Shown one piece after another: positions 1 to 9,211 of a stretch of DNA of 64,000 nt. Both the position numbers and the translations under genes were made by a program. The stretch is from Waddliaceae bacterium (GTDB lineage: Bacteria > Chlamydiota > Chlamydiia > Chlamydiales > Waddliaceae), in contig CAVRUH010000001.1 in assembly GCA_963724325.1 (NCBI GenBank), positions 352,001 through 416,000 of the forward strand, in the 5' to 3' direction. The notes beneath the pieces were generated by a model. It was not told where the DNA came from. It ran no database searches and worked only from the letters and a program-made list of their open reading frames with translations. How positions within the stretch are numbered: position 1 is the first letter of the stretch; the number at the start of each line of letters is the position of its first letter.

Positions 1-188
1 TATTGGCTTCTCTTATTAAAAGAAGTCATAATAGGATTTTCTTAATTAGGGATCATTTCTATTTTGTTGAGAGGGATCATTTTTACGTTGCGCCTACATC
101 TATTGAAATAAATGTTGTGAAAAATGATCAAATGTATTAATATGGTTAGTAATTAAAATTAATTTAACAAGATAACAATAAGGAAATT

Positions 189-986
189 ATGATATTAACA
201 ACAATAACAACATTAGTCATTTTTAAACAAGCAAATACAGTGGAAAAAACTCCAGTTTATCCTAATCCAGATCGTGTAGTGGCCAGCCATAAAGAGTTTG
301 AAATTAGTGCGAAAGGTCAGGTGCAGATTAAGGATTTAGCAGATCAATTAGGAGTGTATACTTTTGAAGCTTTAGCTACATCTCCACAGTCTCGGGCAGT
401 AAAAACAATTACACCTATATACGAAAAGATCAAAGAAAAAAATGCGAACATAACATTGACCAAAATCAATGAGTGGGAAGAGGTGAATATGGGAGATCTT
501 GACGGTTTAACACCAAATGACATTAAAAACCTATACCTTAAGCATTTTCCAACAGAAAAAGCACCTGCGGATTTTAATGATTGCATGAATAAAAAATGGC
601 CGGTTATTGACGAAAAAGAATATCATTTTGAGACATATCCTGAATTCGGTAAAAGAATCAAAAATGCGACAGAAAAAACCGTAAAACTATTTGCTGGTAA
701 AACAGTAGGACTTTGCACCCATACTGAAGATATCCGAAATTTGGTTATGGATTCGGTTGGCACCCCAGAATTTTTGGGAACTGAATTTGGAAAAGATATC
801 TTGAATAAATTACAGGTGAAAAATGGTGATAACTTTAAAGTAGAAGATATTTATCAAAGAACGCTTGGTGAGTTAGGACTTGTTCGAGCGGATTTTAAAC
901 CTGATGATGCATCGTGGATGAGAATAACCGTCGGGAATGATGGTGTTTTGCGCTTGCATGAAAACCATCGATTCATCGTTCGTTAA
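189..986 (+). CDS. Histidine phosphatase (phosphoglycerate mutase-like) family protein with degenerate active site
   Basis: Motifs TSPQSRAVKT, EVNMGDLDG, ETYPEFGKRI and GLCTHTEDIR follow the His_Phos_1 order; the RHG motif is replaced by KQA. Confidence 0.65.
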   Translation: MILTTITTLVIFKQANTVEKTPVYPNPDRVVASHKEFEISAKGQVQIKDLADQLGVYTFEALATSPQSRAVKTITPIYEKIKEKNANITLTKINEWEEVNMGDLDGLTPNDIKNLYLKHFPTEKAPADFNDCMNKKWPVIDEKEYHFETYPEFGKRIKNATEKTVKLFAGKTVGLCTHTEDIRNLVMDSVGTPEFLGTEFGKDILNKLQVKNGDNFKVEDIYQRTLGELGLVRADFKPDDASWMRITVGNDGVLRLHENHRFIVR

Positions 987-1002
987 AGGTATTCAAACGA
1001 CC

Positions 1003-1028
1003 CCTGCATCCCTCTCGGGGGATGCAGG
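1003..1028. terminator. Probable bidirectional intrinsic terminator
   Basis: cctgcatccc-N6-gggatgcagg hairpin between convergent genes, A-run on the right side. Confidence 0.7.
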
Positions 1029-2633
1029 TTAAAAAACAATTTTTTTGTTGAAACAGTCAAGTGCTAATATCTTAAGAGATATCTTTTCTATTTGGTTAAG
1101 GACTCTTATGCCTTCATTATCAAACTCTAGGCTTTTTAAAGGGGAAATTGGCAAAACAATTCTGGAAAAAACAATGAAAAACTTTGCTCTATAATAGGGG
1201 TCTTTCATTTTCTTAACAATTTCGATTGCAAGCTCTTGATCGTACGGAAACATTTTTTTCGAATCATTACCAAGGACAAAATCTTCGCTATTAGACTCTT
1301 CAATATGCTTAAGAGCATTTTTGAATAATTCTTTTCTCTTTGCTGGATATGCTATTCCCATGTCGATAAAAATATCAGAGTATAGTGAACTGGAACTTAT
1401 CAAATTCAGTGTTTTGATTGCTAGTTCTGGATCTATTTCAGGAAGTTTTTTGCAAAAATCGATTAGTCTAAAATCCCGAATTTTATGGGATTCAATTTCA
1501 TCTATTGCCTCCATTGCCGATTTAAAAACTACTTCTGCAATTTCTGGTGCCCATAAAGTGAAGGCATATGCAATGCTTCCAAGAGCCTTTGATCTATTTG
1601 AAGGGTTATTAATTTTGCTGGCCAAAATATGGGCCTCATTCAGCATTTTGATCGCTATTTTATAGTCGGATGCTGCGAAATTCTCAGTGATTATGCAACA
1701 TGATGTGATTCGAAAGAAGATATCCTTGATTGATTCGAGCAGGGGTATCGCCAGAAATGGATTTATCTTTGCGATGATAAATATGATATCTTCGATGACC
1801 GCGTCATGAATTTTTGGATCTAATTGTTCCTTTACAATAGTGATCATATTTTCGAAGCATTCCACTGCTTTCTTTTCCTCTAAATTTTTAGCTGTTTCAC
1901 ATAACATGAGTATCTTCATAGCTGGATCGTCTATTAGACTAGCAGTCTTAAGACATAGATCTAATACTTCATTTTTTTGTTTATCCTGTAGCATTTTGGC
2001 AACACATAATAACGCTTTGGTTTTCTTAACCTGATCTGTAATTGTTAAAGCAAAACTCAAAGCTAGTTGTGGATCACTCTTAGAACATTTTCTTGCAAGA
2101 AATTTAATTAGATCATCTATTTCGTTTAGATAATCAAGGGTTAAAGCATATTTATGGGCTTCAATAAATATTTCAGAGCTTGCTTGTGGATCGAGAAATT
2201 CTGCGATATGAATAAGAGCTTCAATTTGGCAATATTGATTTGTGATTCCTCGTGCTATCGTAAGAGCATCTTTAAGGGTACCCGTGAGAGCATAAAATTT
2301 AGGAATCAGCCTTAGAGAGTTAACGGCTATTTTGTCCCCTTCAGATTTCATAATTGCACCAATGATATTGCAATGTCTTTTGTTTAAAATTTTTTCGACA
2401 TACGAGGCATCATTAAGGAGTTGGCGACAGAGAACTTTTTCCGTTGCAAAAGGCAGCAAATGAGGAACCTCGCACAAAATAGGGGCAACAAGCTTCGGAT
2501 CCAACCATATAACTTTTCTATGATACCAATTTGTACAGGAAAAGCTGATGCGATCCTTAAAATCTAAATGACTTATGATATTCTGAAGTATTTCTAGGGG
2601 TAGTGTAGGGTATATTGTTTCATTACTGACCAT
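1029..2633 (-). CDS. F-box protein with alpha-helical (TPR/HEAT-like) repeats, putative effector
   Basis: N-terminal LPLEILQNIISHLDFKDRISFSCTN fits the F-box consensus; the remainder shows recurring helical units such as A..I.DP..K...L..IA. Confidence 0.8.
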   Translation of the reverse strand: MVSNETIYPTLPLEILQNIISHLDFKDRISFSCTNWYHRKVIWLDPKLVAPILCEVPHLLPFATEKVLCRQLLNDASYVEKILNKRHCNIIGAIMKSEGDKIAVNSLRLIPKFYALTGTLKDALTIARGITNQYCQIEALIHIAEFLDPQASSEIFIEAHKYALTLDYLNEIDDLIKFLARKCSKSDPQLALSFALTITDQVKKTKALLCVAKMLQDKQKNEVLDLCLKTASLIDDPAMKILMLCETAKNLEEKKAVECFENMITIVKEQLDPKIHDAVIEDIIFIIAKINPFLAIPLLESIKDIFFRITSCCIITENFAASDYKIAIKMLNEAHILASKINNPSNRSKALGSIAYAFTLWAPEIAEVVFKSAMEAIDEIESHKIRDFRLIDFCKKLPEIDPELAIKTLNLISSSSLYSDIFIDMGIAYPAKRKELFKNALKHIEESNSEDFVLGNDSKKMFPYDQELAIEIVKKMKDPYYRAKFFIVFSRIVLPISPLKSLEFDNEGIRVLNQIEKISLKILALDCFNKKIVF

Positions 2634-2696
2634 TATTGGCTCCCTGTTACGAAGACAATATCATGATATTTAATGATAAATCTATAAGAAAAAGTA

Positions 2697-2771
2697 TCTG
2701 GGTGACAGGATTTGAACCTGCGACCCCTTGCCCCCCAGGCAAGTACGCTAGCCAAGCTGCGCTACACCCAG
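2697..2771 (-). tRNA. tRNA-Pro(GGG), CCA not encoded
   Basis: Reverse complement CTGGGTGTAGCGCAGCTTGGCTAGCGTACTTGCCTGGGGGGCAAGGGGTCGCAGGTTCAAATCCTGTCACCCAGA folds as a cloverleaf with anticodon GGG. Confidence 0.95.
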
Positions 2772-2781
2772 ATAAAAATGA

Positions 2782-3036
2782 TCAAATCGACTGCAATCCT
2801 TCAAACTGAAGGTTTGAGTTTTTTACTTCTTTAACAGCAAGATCTGCCGCTGCTTTAATGATATCCTCTAGAGTATCACTTGGATCTACCTCAGCATCCA
2901 ATATAGCCACAGAAATAGATGCGGTATAAGATGTTCCGCCTTTTACGCCTTTTGCCTTAAAATTTGCAAATAAGCCCTCTTTTTTTCTGCTTATGTTCTT
3001 AAAACGTATAAGATTATTTTCTGCCAAGTCTTTCAT
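2782..3036 (-). CDS. Small hypothetical protein
   Basis: 84-aa ORF with upstream AAGGA, fills the gap between tRNA-Pro and ung. Confidence 0.7.
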   Translation of the reverse strand: MKDLAENNLIRFKNISRKKEGLFANFKAKGVKGGTSYTASISVAILDAEVDPSDTLEDIIKAAADLAVKEVKNSNLQFEGLQSI

Positions 3037-3117
3037 GTGAGATATCCTTTGTTTTACGCACTGATCTTAGGCGTTTTTTCCTTTATAGTCAATTGAAAAT
3101 AAGCTATTCTCTATAGA

Positions 3118-3801
3118 ATGTTTAAGCTTCAATTAGAATCGAGCTGGGATATAATGTTAGGCGAAGAGCTTCAAAAACCCTATATGGTCAAGCTTTTCGC
3201 ATTCTTAGAAAAAGAATATGCTGGCAATATTCCTATATATCCTCCAAAAGAGCAGATATTTAATGCCTTTTCAATGACCCCTTTTGATGAAGTCAGGGTA
3301 GTTATCGTTGGTCAAGACCCTTACCATGGGCCTGGGCAAGCGCATGGTCTATGCTTCAGTGTTCCGGAGGACGTTCCCTTGCCTCCGTCGCTAAAAAATA
3401 TATTTAAAGAAATACAGGTCGATCTAGGACTTTCTGTACCGGAAAATGGATGTTTAGAACATTGGGCTAGACAAGGGGTGTTGTTGCTTAATACAACGCT
3501 TACAGTTTCGCAAGGGAAGCCCCTATCACATCACAGAAGAGGATGGGAGCAATTTACTGATGTGGTGCTAGAAAAGCTTGCAAATCGAAAAGAACCTGTA
3601 GTTTTTGTCCTATGGGGAAATAATGCGATAAAAAAATGTTCTAGCATCGCCCATTTGAATAATCATCCTCAGCACCTGGTCCTCACCGCCGCACACCCTT
3701 CCCCCCTCTCAGCTAGAAGAGGCTTTTTTGGCTCCCATCACTTCTCTAAAATAAATCAATTTTTAAAAAAACCAATAAATTGGCAACTCAATCCAAAATA
3801 A
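3118..3801 (+). CDS. ung: Uracil-DNA glycosylase
   Basis: GQDPYH, LLLN and HPSPLS motifs. Confidence 0.97.
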   Translation: MFKLQLESSWDIMLGEELQKPYMVKLFAFLEKEYAGNIPIYPPKEQIFNAFSMTPFDEVRVVIVGQDPYHGPGQAHGLCFSVPEDVPLPPSLKNIFKEIQVDLGLSVPENGCLEHWARQGVLLLNTTLTVSQGKPLSHHRRGWEQFTDVVLEKLANRKEPVVFVLWGNNAIKKCSSIAHLNNHPQHLVLTAAHPSPLSARRGFFGSHHFSKINQFLKKPINWQLNPK

Positions 3802-3871
3802 CCCTGTAAAAATAATTTGTAATTTGTTATAATGAAGTTAGAGGCTGGATGGTATTGTAGTAGGAGTTACT

Positions 3872-4276
3872 ATGATAGTAGAAAAAGAGCTAAAAAAATT
3901 GGTTTTAGATTTATCTCAGAAGAACCGAGCTGAGATAGATCTATCTGGCTTTGCAATTATAATTGAAACATATGAAAGTAATTCGTGGGTTTCAATTTCA
4001 ACAACCGTCTATTTCGGCGGTGACTATATTCCACCAAGTGTTCGAAAGTGCGTATCCGAGAAGCCCTTGTTCCTTCGAGGAGCATTGGGTGCCGATCTAA
4101 AGATTTTTGAGGAGACATTTCAGATTAAGTTAAGCTATCTAGGGCAATTGGATTGTGTCGATTGTCCAAAGTTCTTCCAAGCCTTGGAAGATTTCAGGTG
4201 GCTCGCCGAGCAATGGCGCGACTACCTTGACGAACACGACAATAACGATCTCGTCTACATCTACAAAAACCGATAG
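3872..4276 (+). CDS. Hypothetical protein, possibly CesT/class I T3S chaperone-like
   Basis: 134 aa, AGGAG RBS, C-terminal amphipathic helix FFQALEDFRWLAEQWRDYL. Confidence 0.5.
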   Translation: MIVEKELKKLVLDLSQKNRAEIDLSGFAIIIETYESNSWVSISTTVYFGGDYIPPSVRKCVSEKPLFLRGALGADLKIFEETFQIKLSYLGQLDCVDCPKFFQALEDFRWLAEQWRDYLDEHDNNDLVYIYKNR

Positions 4277-4297
4277 TACTCACAAATTCCCCCAATC

Positions 4298-4683
4298 TTC
4301 CTCTTATCCTGTCGCTTGCGATCATGCGCATCCTCTTAACCATTCTCATAATCATCCTCCTCTTATCCTGCTTATCCTGCCGCTTGCGATCATGCGCATC
4401 CTGTAATTTCTGTGCATGCAAACTATTAACAGGATATGCATGATCGCAGGCGGCAGGATAAGCAGGATAAGAGGAGGATGATTATGAGAATGGTTAAGAG
4501 GATGCGCATGATCGCAAGCGGCAGGATAAGCAGGATAAGAGGAGGATGATTATGAGAATGGTTAAGAGGATGCGCATGATCGCAGGCGGCAGGATAAGCA
4601 GGATAAGAGGAGGATGATTATGAGAATGGTTAAGAGGATGCGCATGATCACAAGCGGCAGGATAAGCAGGATAAGAAGATGAT
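4298..4683. repeat. Palindromic repeat with tandemly amplified 68-bp unit
   Basis: Units start at 4431, 4499, 4567 and 4635 on +; about 1.6 inverted copies at ~4298-4404; lies between convergent genes. Confidence 0.95.
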
Positions 4684-5423
4684 TAATGAGAAGCATCCCT
4701 GATGGATTTTGAGTATAGTACTCTAGCCTTGGAATATAGAATGGAAAGTTCGTACATGGCGATGAGAGGGATGGCGAGCATGAACTGAGTAAATACGTCG
4801 GGAGGGGTGAAGAGAGCCCCTAAAACAAAGGCAGCAACAATGGCGTGGCGACGCTTGGCCGCCAGTGTTTGTGCTGAAAGAATTCCAAAATGAACAAGAA
4901 AGAAAAGTATCACACACATCTCCATAGCCAAAGCATTCGCCAGTACCAAAATAAGGGTATAATCCAGATAGTTAGAAAGAGTCCATAGGTTGATTCCTAT
5001 CTCCTGATTAAATGAGCTTAGAAACTGATTCGAAAGTGGTATCGTAACAAAATAGGAGAAGAAAACCCCTATTGTTAGAAAAATCATCGAAAGAATCACA
5101 AATGGAATGGCCCAGCGCTGTTCGTTTTTCCTGAGAGCAGGAGCTATAAATTCAAGAATGTAAAATATCCATATAGGCGAAGTAGAAACCATGCCCACCC
5201 AAAAACTTAGTTTCAATGTAGTAATAAATCCTTCTATAGGCCCTAAAACAACTAATCCATTTTGTATTTTTAGCGCTGGCGATATCACAAGATTCAAAAT
5301 TTCTTTATAGAAAAAAAGAGAAATGGCAAGCCCAATGGCAATGGTGTAAATAATTTTAATTAGAGTTTTACGCAGATCCTCTATGTGCTCCCAAAACAAT
5401 GCCGGGGTTTCTATTAAAGGCAT
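4683..5423 (-). CDS. tatC: Twin-arginine translocase subunit TatC
   Basis: HIEDLRKTL, FIAPAL and FTPPDVFTQ motifs; multiple TM segments. Confidence 0.95.
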   Translation of the reverse strand: MPLIETPALFWEHIEDLRKTLIKIIYTIAIGLAISLFFYKEILNLVISPALKIQNGLVVLGPIEGFITTLKLSFWVGMVSTSPIWIFYILEFIAPALRKNEQRWAIPFVILSMIFLTIGVFFSYFVTIPLSNQFLSSFNQEIGINLWTLSNYLDYTLILVLANALAMEMCVILFFLVHFGILSAQTLAAKRRHAIVAAFVLGALFTPPDVFTQFMLAIPLIAMYELSILYSKARVLYSKSIRDASH

Positions 5424-5430
5424 TGAAATA

Positions 5431-5604
5431 TCAATCTTTGGATTTTGATTGTTCTTCTGCGTCCTCTATAGGCTCTCCGGCGGCAGCTTTTTTGAATTCA
5501 CGGATCCCTTTCCCAAGATTTCTGGCAAACTCCGGAAGCTTTTTTCCTCCAAACAGGAGCATAATGATGCATAAAATAACGATAATTTCACCGGATCCGA
5601 TCAT
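5431..5604 (-). CDS. tatA: Twin-arginine translocase TatA/TatE subunit (57 aa, not in the ORF track)
   Basis: Manual translation [40 protein letters not shown]...; GAGGAGG RBS; directly upstream of tatC. Confidence 0.93.
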   Translation of the reverse strand: MIGSGEIIVILCIIMLLFGGKKLPEFARNLGKGIREFKKAAAGEPIEDAEEQSKSKD

Positions 5605-5624
5605 ACTGTCCTCCTCTTAAAAAT

Positions 5625-6374
5625 TTAAACGCTCTCTACTTGGTCGACCAAATCACGCAAATATTCGATTAAATCCAATATTGACTTTTTCTGCTTTTTG
5701 GTGATGCCTAGATTAGGTCTGGTAAATTGATTACAGAGTCTTTGAAGTCCATTGAGAGCGGTTTCTCCGTGGCTAGGGCGCCGTTTGTCGTCCACAGAAA
5801 TGGGAAATGTCTCTCTAATGACACTGAGTATTTGCGCCTTGGTCTCACCTTTGTAATTTTCAACAATCTCTTTCTTTTTTTCTATCGGTCCTGCTCTGCT
5901 TGCTAGTGTATATACCGCTTGCCGAGGCATGGCTTCAATTTGGAGCCTTAGGGGTTTTGGCATCACTTGATAGAACTCGTAGTATTGAAGGAAATTATAA
6001 GGAGTTTGACGGTTCCCATAGGTCCCCATAAGCCATGTTGTAAAGGCCCCTTCTTTATATTTAATCAATATATCATGTGCTTTCTTAATGCGTTCTCCGT
6101 GTAAAATAGCTGCCTGATTGTTGATAGCTTTGACTTCTGAGGTAATTGATATCAAAGCGGGCAGATCATCTGTTATATTGCCTTGGCCTATGGAGTATTC
6201 GCTTAGAATGGCTTCTAAAAATCCCTTTTCATTCTCACTGAGTTCCGAAACACTGAACATACCGCTAAATCCGCTTAGGTTTCCATTGGCTGACTGTTTA
6301 GACATCTGCGCCATCTTAGTCGACGAGTCTGTCTTGTTAAGTCGTTTAGAAAGAAGTGTGTTTACGTCTGACAT
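5625..6374 (-). CDS. Chlamydial pGP6-D family protein (chromosomal CT583-like)
   Basis: QAAILHGERIKKA, YGNRQTPYNFLQYYEF and PRQAVYTLASR motifs; downstream of parA. Confidence 0.9.
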   Translation of the reverse strand: MSDVNTLLSKRLNKTDSSTKMAQMSKQSANGNLSGFSGMFSVSELSENEKGFLEAILSEYSIGQGNITDDLPALISITSEVKAINNQAAILHGERIKKAHDILIKYKEGAFTTWLMGTYGNRQTPYNFLQYYEFYQVMPKPLRLQIEAMPRQAVYTLASRAGPIEKKKEIVENYKGETKAQILSVIRETFPISVDDKRRPSHGETALNGLQRLCNQFTRPNLGITKKQKKSILDLIEYLRDLVDQVESV

Positions 6375-6425
6375 GATTATTTCCTGTAATGTAAAGCCGC
6401 TTTACATTCATGTTTTTGCGGCTGT

Positions 6426-7178
6426 TTAAAATCTTTTCAGCAGTTCTTTGGTTACCGATATGTAATCTTCAGATGCTCTGCACGTTGGAGCTGTCTCGAA
6501 CACAGGTTTGCCGTAGATGGAGGCTTCGGTAACACTAACATCTCTTCGTACCTTAGTCGTTAGTAGCTTTTTTGGAAAGGTTTTTTCGACCACATCGAGA
6601 AATGCCTTATTGCTCTTGCCTCTTTGATTCCAAAAGGAAAGTACGACTCCAAGAATATTAAGGGGATGGCGTTGCCCGATGCTTGTCATAAATTGAGACA
6701 GACGTTCGAGGCCTTTGATGCTATAAAATTCTGGTGTTGCGCAAACTAATGCTTGTTGAGCAGCGATAAGGGCAGATTCTGTAAGCCAGCATAGGGATGG
6801 CGGTGTGTCGATGATTATGTAGTCGTATTTAAGAGGGCTGATGATATCATTCAATCTTTCATGGGAGTAGCGATCGGCTGCCAGGGATCCGGTTACTTCC
6901 ACACGTTCGAGCCACGTATCAGCTGGAATGATATCGAGATTTGGTATGCAGGTTTTTTTGATCACTTCTTTGATGCTTTTATCGCCTTGCAGGACAGGAG
7001 CTAGACTGTCATTCTCGTCAGGGTCGAATCCAAGGCCTGTTGTGAGATTTGCTTGGGCATCGAAATCGATAAGCAGCGTCTTCTTTTTGTGAAATTTTGC
7101 TAATGCTGCTCCAACATGAAGCGTGGTTGAAGTTTTGGCGGTTCCGCCTTTAAAACTGCTTACGGCAATTGTTTTCAT
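6426..7178 (-). CDS. parA: ParA family ATPase (pGP5-D-like)
   Basis: Deviant Walker A FKGGTAKTST; DFDAQANLT; IIDTPPS. Confidence 0.93.
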   Translation of the reverse strand: MKTIAVSSFKGGTAKTSTTLHVGAALAKFHKKKTLLIDFDAQANLTTGLGFDPDENDSLAPVLQGDKSIKEVIKKTCIPNLDIIPADTWLERVEVTGSLAADRYSHERLNDIISPLKYDYIIIDTPPSLCWLTESALIAAQQALVCATPEFYSIKGLERLSQFMTSIGQRHPLNILGVVLSFWNQRGKSNKAFLDVVEKTFPKKLLTTKVRRDVSVTEASIYGKPVFETAPTCRASEDYISVTKELLKRF

Positions 7179-7185
7179 ATTTTCC

Positions 7186-9108
7186 TCATTTCGTTTCGTA
7201 TGGAGAAACTAAGCTGCGCTCATTTTTCTCGTTGGTAATTGTTTTTATAAAATCGTCAGCCTTAAGCTCTCCGTGAACAACATTGTCACGGGTGCGCAGA
7301 TTGATGGTTTGGTTTTCAACTTCTTTATCGCCGATGGTCAGGATGTAGTTGATTTGAGTCAATTGGGCATTTCTGACTTTCTTGCTGACGGATTCGTTGC
7401 TTAGGTCTATGTCGCAGTGGAATCCTGCTTTTTTGAATTTCTTTGCAAGTTCGGTTGCGTATTCAATATGACGGTCGGCCACTGTAAGAAGTCGAATTTG
7501 CAAGGGGCTGATCCATACAGGAAATTTTCCGGCAAAGTGTTCGATAAGGATTCCGAAGAAACGTTCGATGGATCCAAATATGGCCCTATGAAGCATAACA
7601 GGCCGTTTTTTGGAGCCGTCATCAGCGGTATATTCCAATTCGAATCGTTCTGGCAGGGCCATATCGAGTTGGATTGTTCCGCATTGCCAGGTTCTGTTGA
7701 TAGCGTCGCGGATGTGGAAGTCAATTTTAGGGCCGTAGAAAGCACCATCGCCTTCATTGATTTTGTATTTATAACCAGAGTTATCAAGTGCATTTTTGAG
7801 GCCGGAAGTGGCGATTTCCCAATCTTCGTCGGTACCGATGGTGCCTGTTTCTGGTCTTGTAGAGAGTTCTAGGTGGTAAGATAGACCGAAGGTTTTGTAT
7901 AAAGTATCTGCAAATTTCAGAATAGCTATAATTTCGGATTCGATATCGCTAGGCTTCATGAAAAGGTGGGCATCGTCTTGGTGGAAGCTTCTCACGCGGA
8001 ATAGCCCGGAAAGAGCTCCTGAGGGCTCGTAGCGGTGTACATTGCCGATTTCAGCGACTCTTAGTGGGAGTTCTCTATAGCTATGAGTGTGTGTTTTATA
8101 GTATAGCATGCAACCTGGGCAGTTCATTGGTTTAATAGCGAAATCGTGGTCTTCGATGATTGAGGTAAACATGTTATGACGGTAGTTCATCCAGTGTCCG
8201 GAGCGTTCCCAGAGTTCTTTTGAGAGCATGGTTGGTGTTTTTATTTCGACATAGTTCTCTTCCAAAAGCCGTTCGCGGAGGTAGGAAGTAAGTTGGTTCC
8301 AAATGATCATGCCTTTTGGGTGGATGAATGGCATGCCCGAACCCTCTTCTTTTAGAGAAAAGAGATCGAGTTTTGTACCGATGAGTCTATGGTCGCGCTT
8401 TTTTGCTTCTTCAAGTTGGTGGAGGTATTCTGCTAGTTGTTCGCGTTTGGGGAAGGTGATTCCATAGATTCTTGTGAGCATCTCGTTTTTGGAATCGCCA
8501 TGCCAGTAGGCTCCTGAAGTTTTAAGGATTTTCAGGGCTTTAATTTTTCCTAGATTTGGAATATGCGGACCGCGGCAGAGATCAAAAAACTCACCTTGGC
8601 GGTATCCTGTAAGGCCTAATGAGGGATCAAAGCTTTCTATGAGTTCGACTTTATATTTGTTATCAGAGAAAGTTTTTAAAGCCTCTTGTTTGGAGGATAG
8701 GACAACTCTTTCGGATTTGTAGTTTTCGTTAACAACAGCTTTCATTTCTTTTTCAATTTTGTCAAAATCTTCTTCAGAGATAGTGAGGTTGGCAAAATCG
8801 TAAAAGAAGCCGTTCTCTATAGGGGGGCCAATTGTTGGTTTTGCATTAGGATAGATCCTGAGGATTGCTTGGGCGAGGACGTGTGCAGAAGAGTGCCAGA
8901 AGACTTCTCTTCCCTCTTTATCGTCGAAAGAGAGAAAAATGACCTTGTCGCCATCGTTAAGAGGAGAACTTAAATCGAAAGTTTTTCCGTTGATTTTAGC
9001 TGCTAGGGCTTGGTCGGGACCGTTTAGTTTAAGTTTATCTGCGAGGTCTTTAGCTGAGCTTTGCTCAGGGAGTTCGATGATCGAATCGTCCATTAAAGTA
9101 ATTTTCAT
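7186..9108 (-). CDS. thrS: Threonine--tRNA ligase
   Basis: TGS domain, HSSAH, DLCRGPH, KPMNCP, WQCGTIQLD. Confidence 0.98.
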   Translation of the reverse strand: MKITLMDDSIIELPEQSSAKDLADKLKLNGPDQALAAKINGKTFDLSSPLNDGDKVIFLSFDDKEGREVFWHSSAHVLAQAILRIYPNAKPTIGPPIENGFFYDFANLTISEEDFDKIEKEMKAVVNENYKSERVVLSSKQEALKTFSDNKYKVELIESFDPSLGLTGYRQGEFFDLCRGPHIPNLGKIKALKILKTSGAYWHGDSKNEMLTRIYGITFPKREQLAEYLHQLEEAKKRDHRLIGTKLDLFSLKEEGSGMPFIHPKGMIIWNQLTSYLRERLLEENYVEIKTPTMLSKELWERSGHWMNYRHNMFTSIIEDHDFAIKPMNCPGCMLYYKTHTHSYRELPLRVAEIGNVHRYEPSGALSGLFRVRSFHQDDAHLFMKPSDIESEIIAILKFADTLYKTFGLSYHLELSTRPETGTIGTDEDWEIATSGLKNALDNSGYKYKINEGDGAFYGPKIDFHIRDAINRTWQCGTIQLDMALPERFELEYTADDGSKKRPVMLHRAIFGSIERFFGILIEHFAGKFPVWISPLQIRLLTVADRHIEYATELAKKFKKAGFHCDIDLSNESVSKKVRNAQLTQINYILTIGDKEVENQTINLRTRDNVVHGELKADDFIKTITNEKNERSLVSPYETK

Positions 9109-9211
9109 TATCTTGCCTTATAAGTATGGTTTCATTGACTACCTATACTACAATAAATGTAACTTTCTAGCAATTCTTGTGTATATATCAGCAGACGAAT
9201 ATGATAAGAAT

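Noticed and set aside
2697..2771. tRNA-anchored island or prophage
   Set aside because: No integrase, phage genes or duplicated tRNA 3' end seen for either tRNA in the window
4155..4421. ORFs 4155..4406 and 4194..4421
   Set aside because: They overlap a real gene and the repeat; low-complexity translations
4431..4683. Possible CRISPR array (68-bp periodicity)
   Set aside because: Whole units are near-identical with no unique spacers, inverted copies are adjacent, and no cas genes are present
5625..7178. Integrated plasmid (parA plus pGP6-D)
   Set aside because: This pair next to thrS is the standard chromosomal arrangement in Chlamydiae; no integrase or replication genes are present
8939..9211. 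N-terminal extension of the 1032-aa ORF
   Set aside because: It is antisense to the thrS start and crosses the divergent promoter region; ATG 9212 is more plausible
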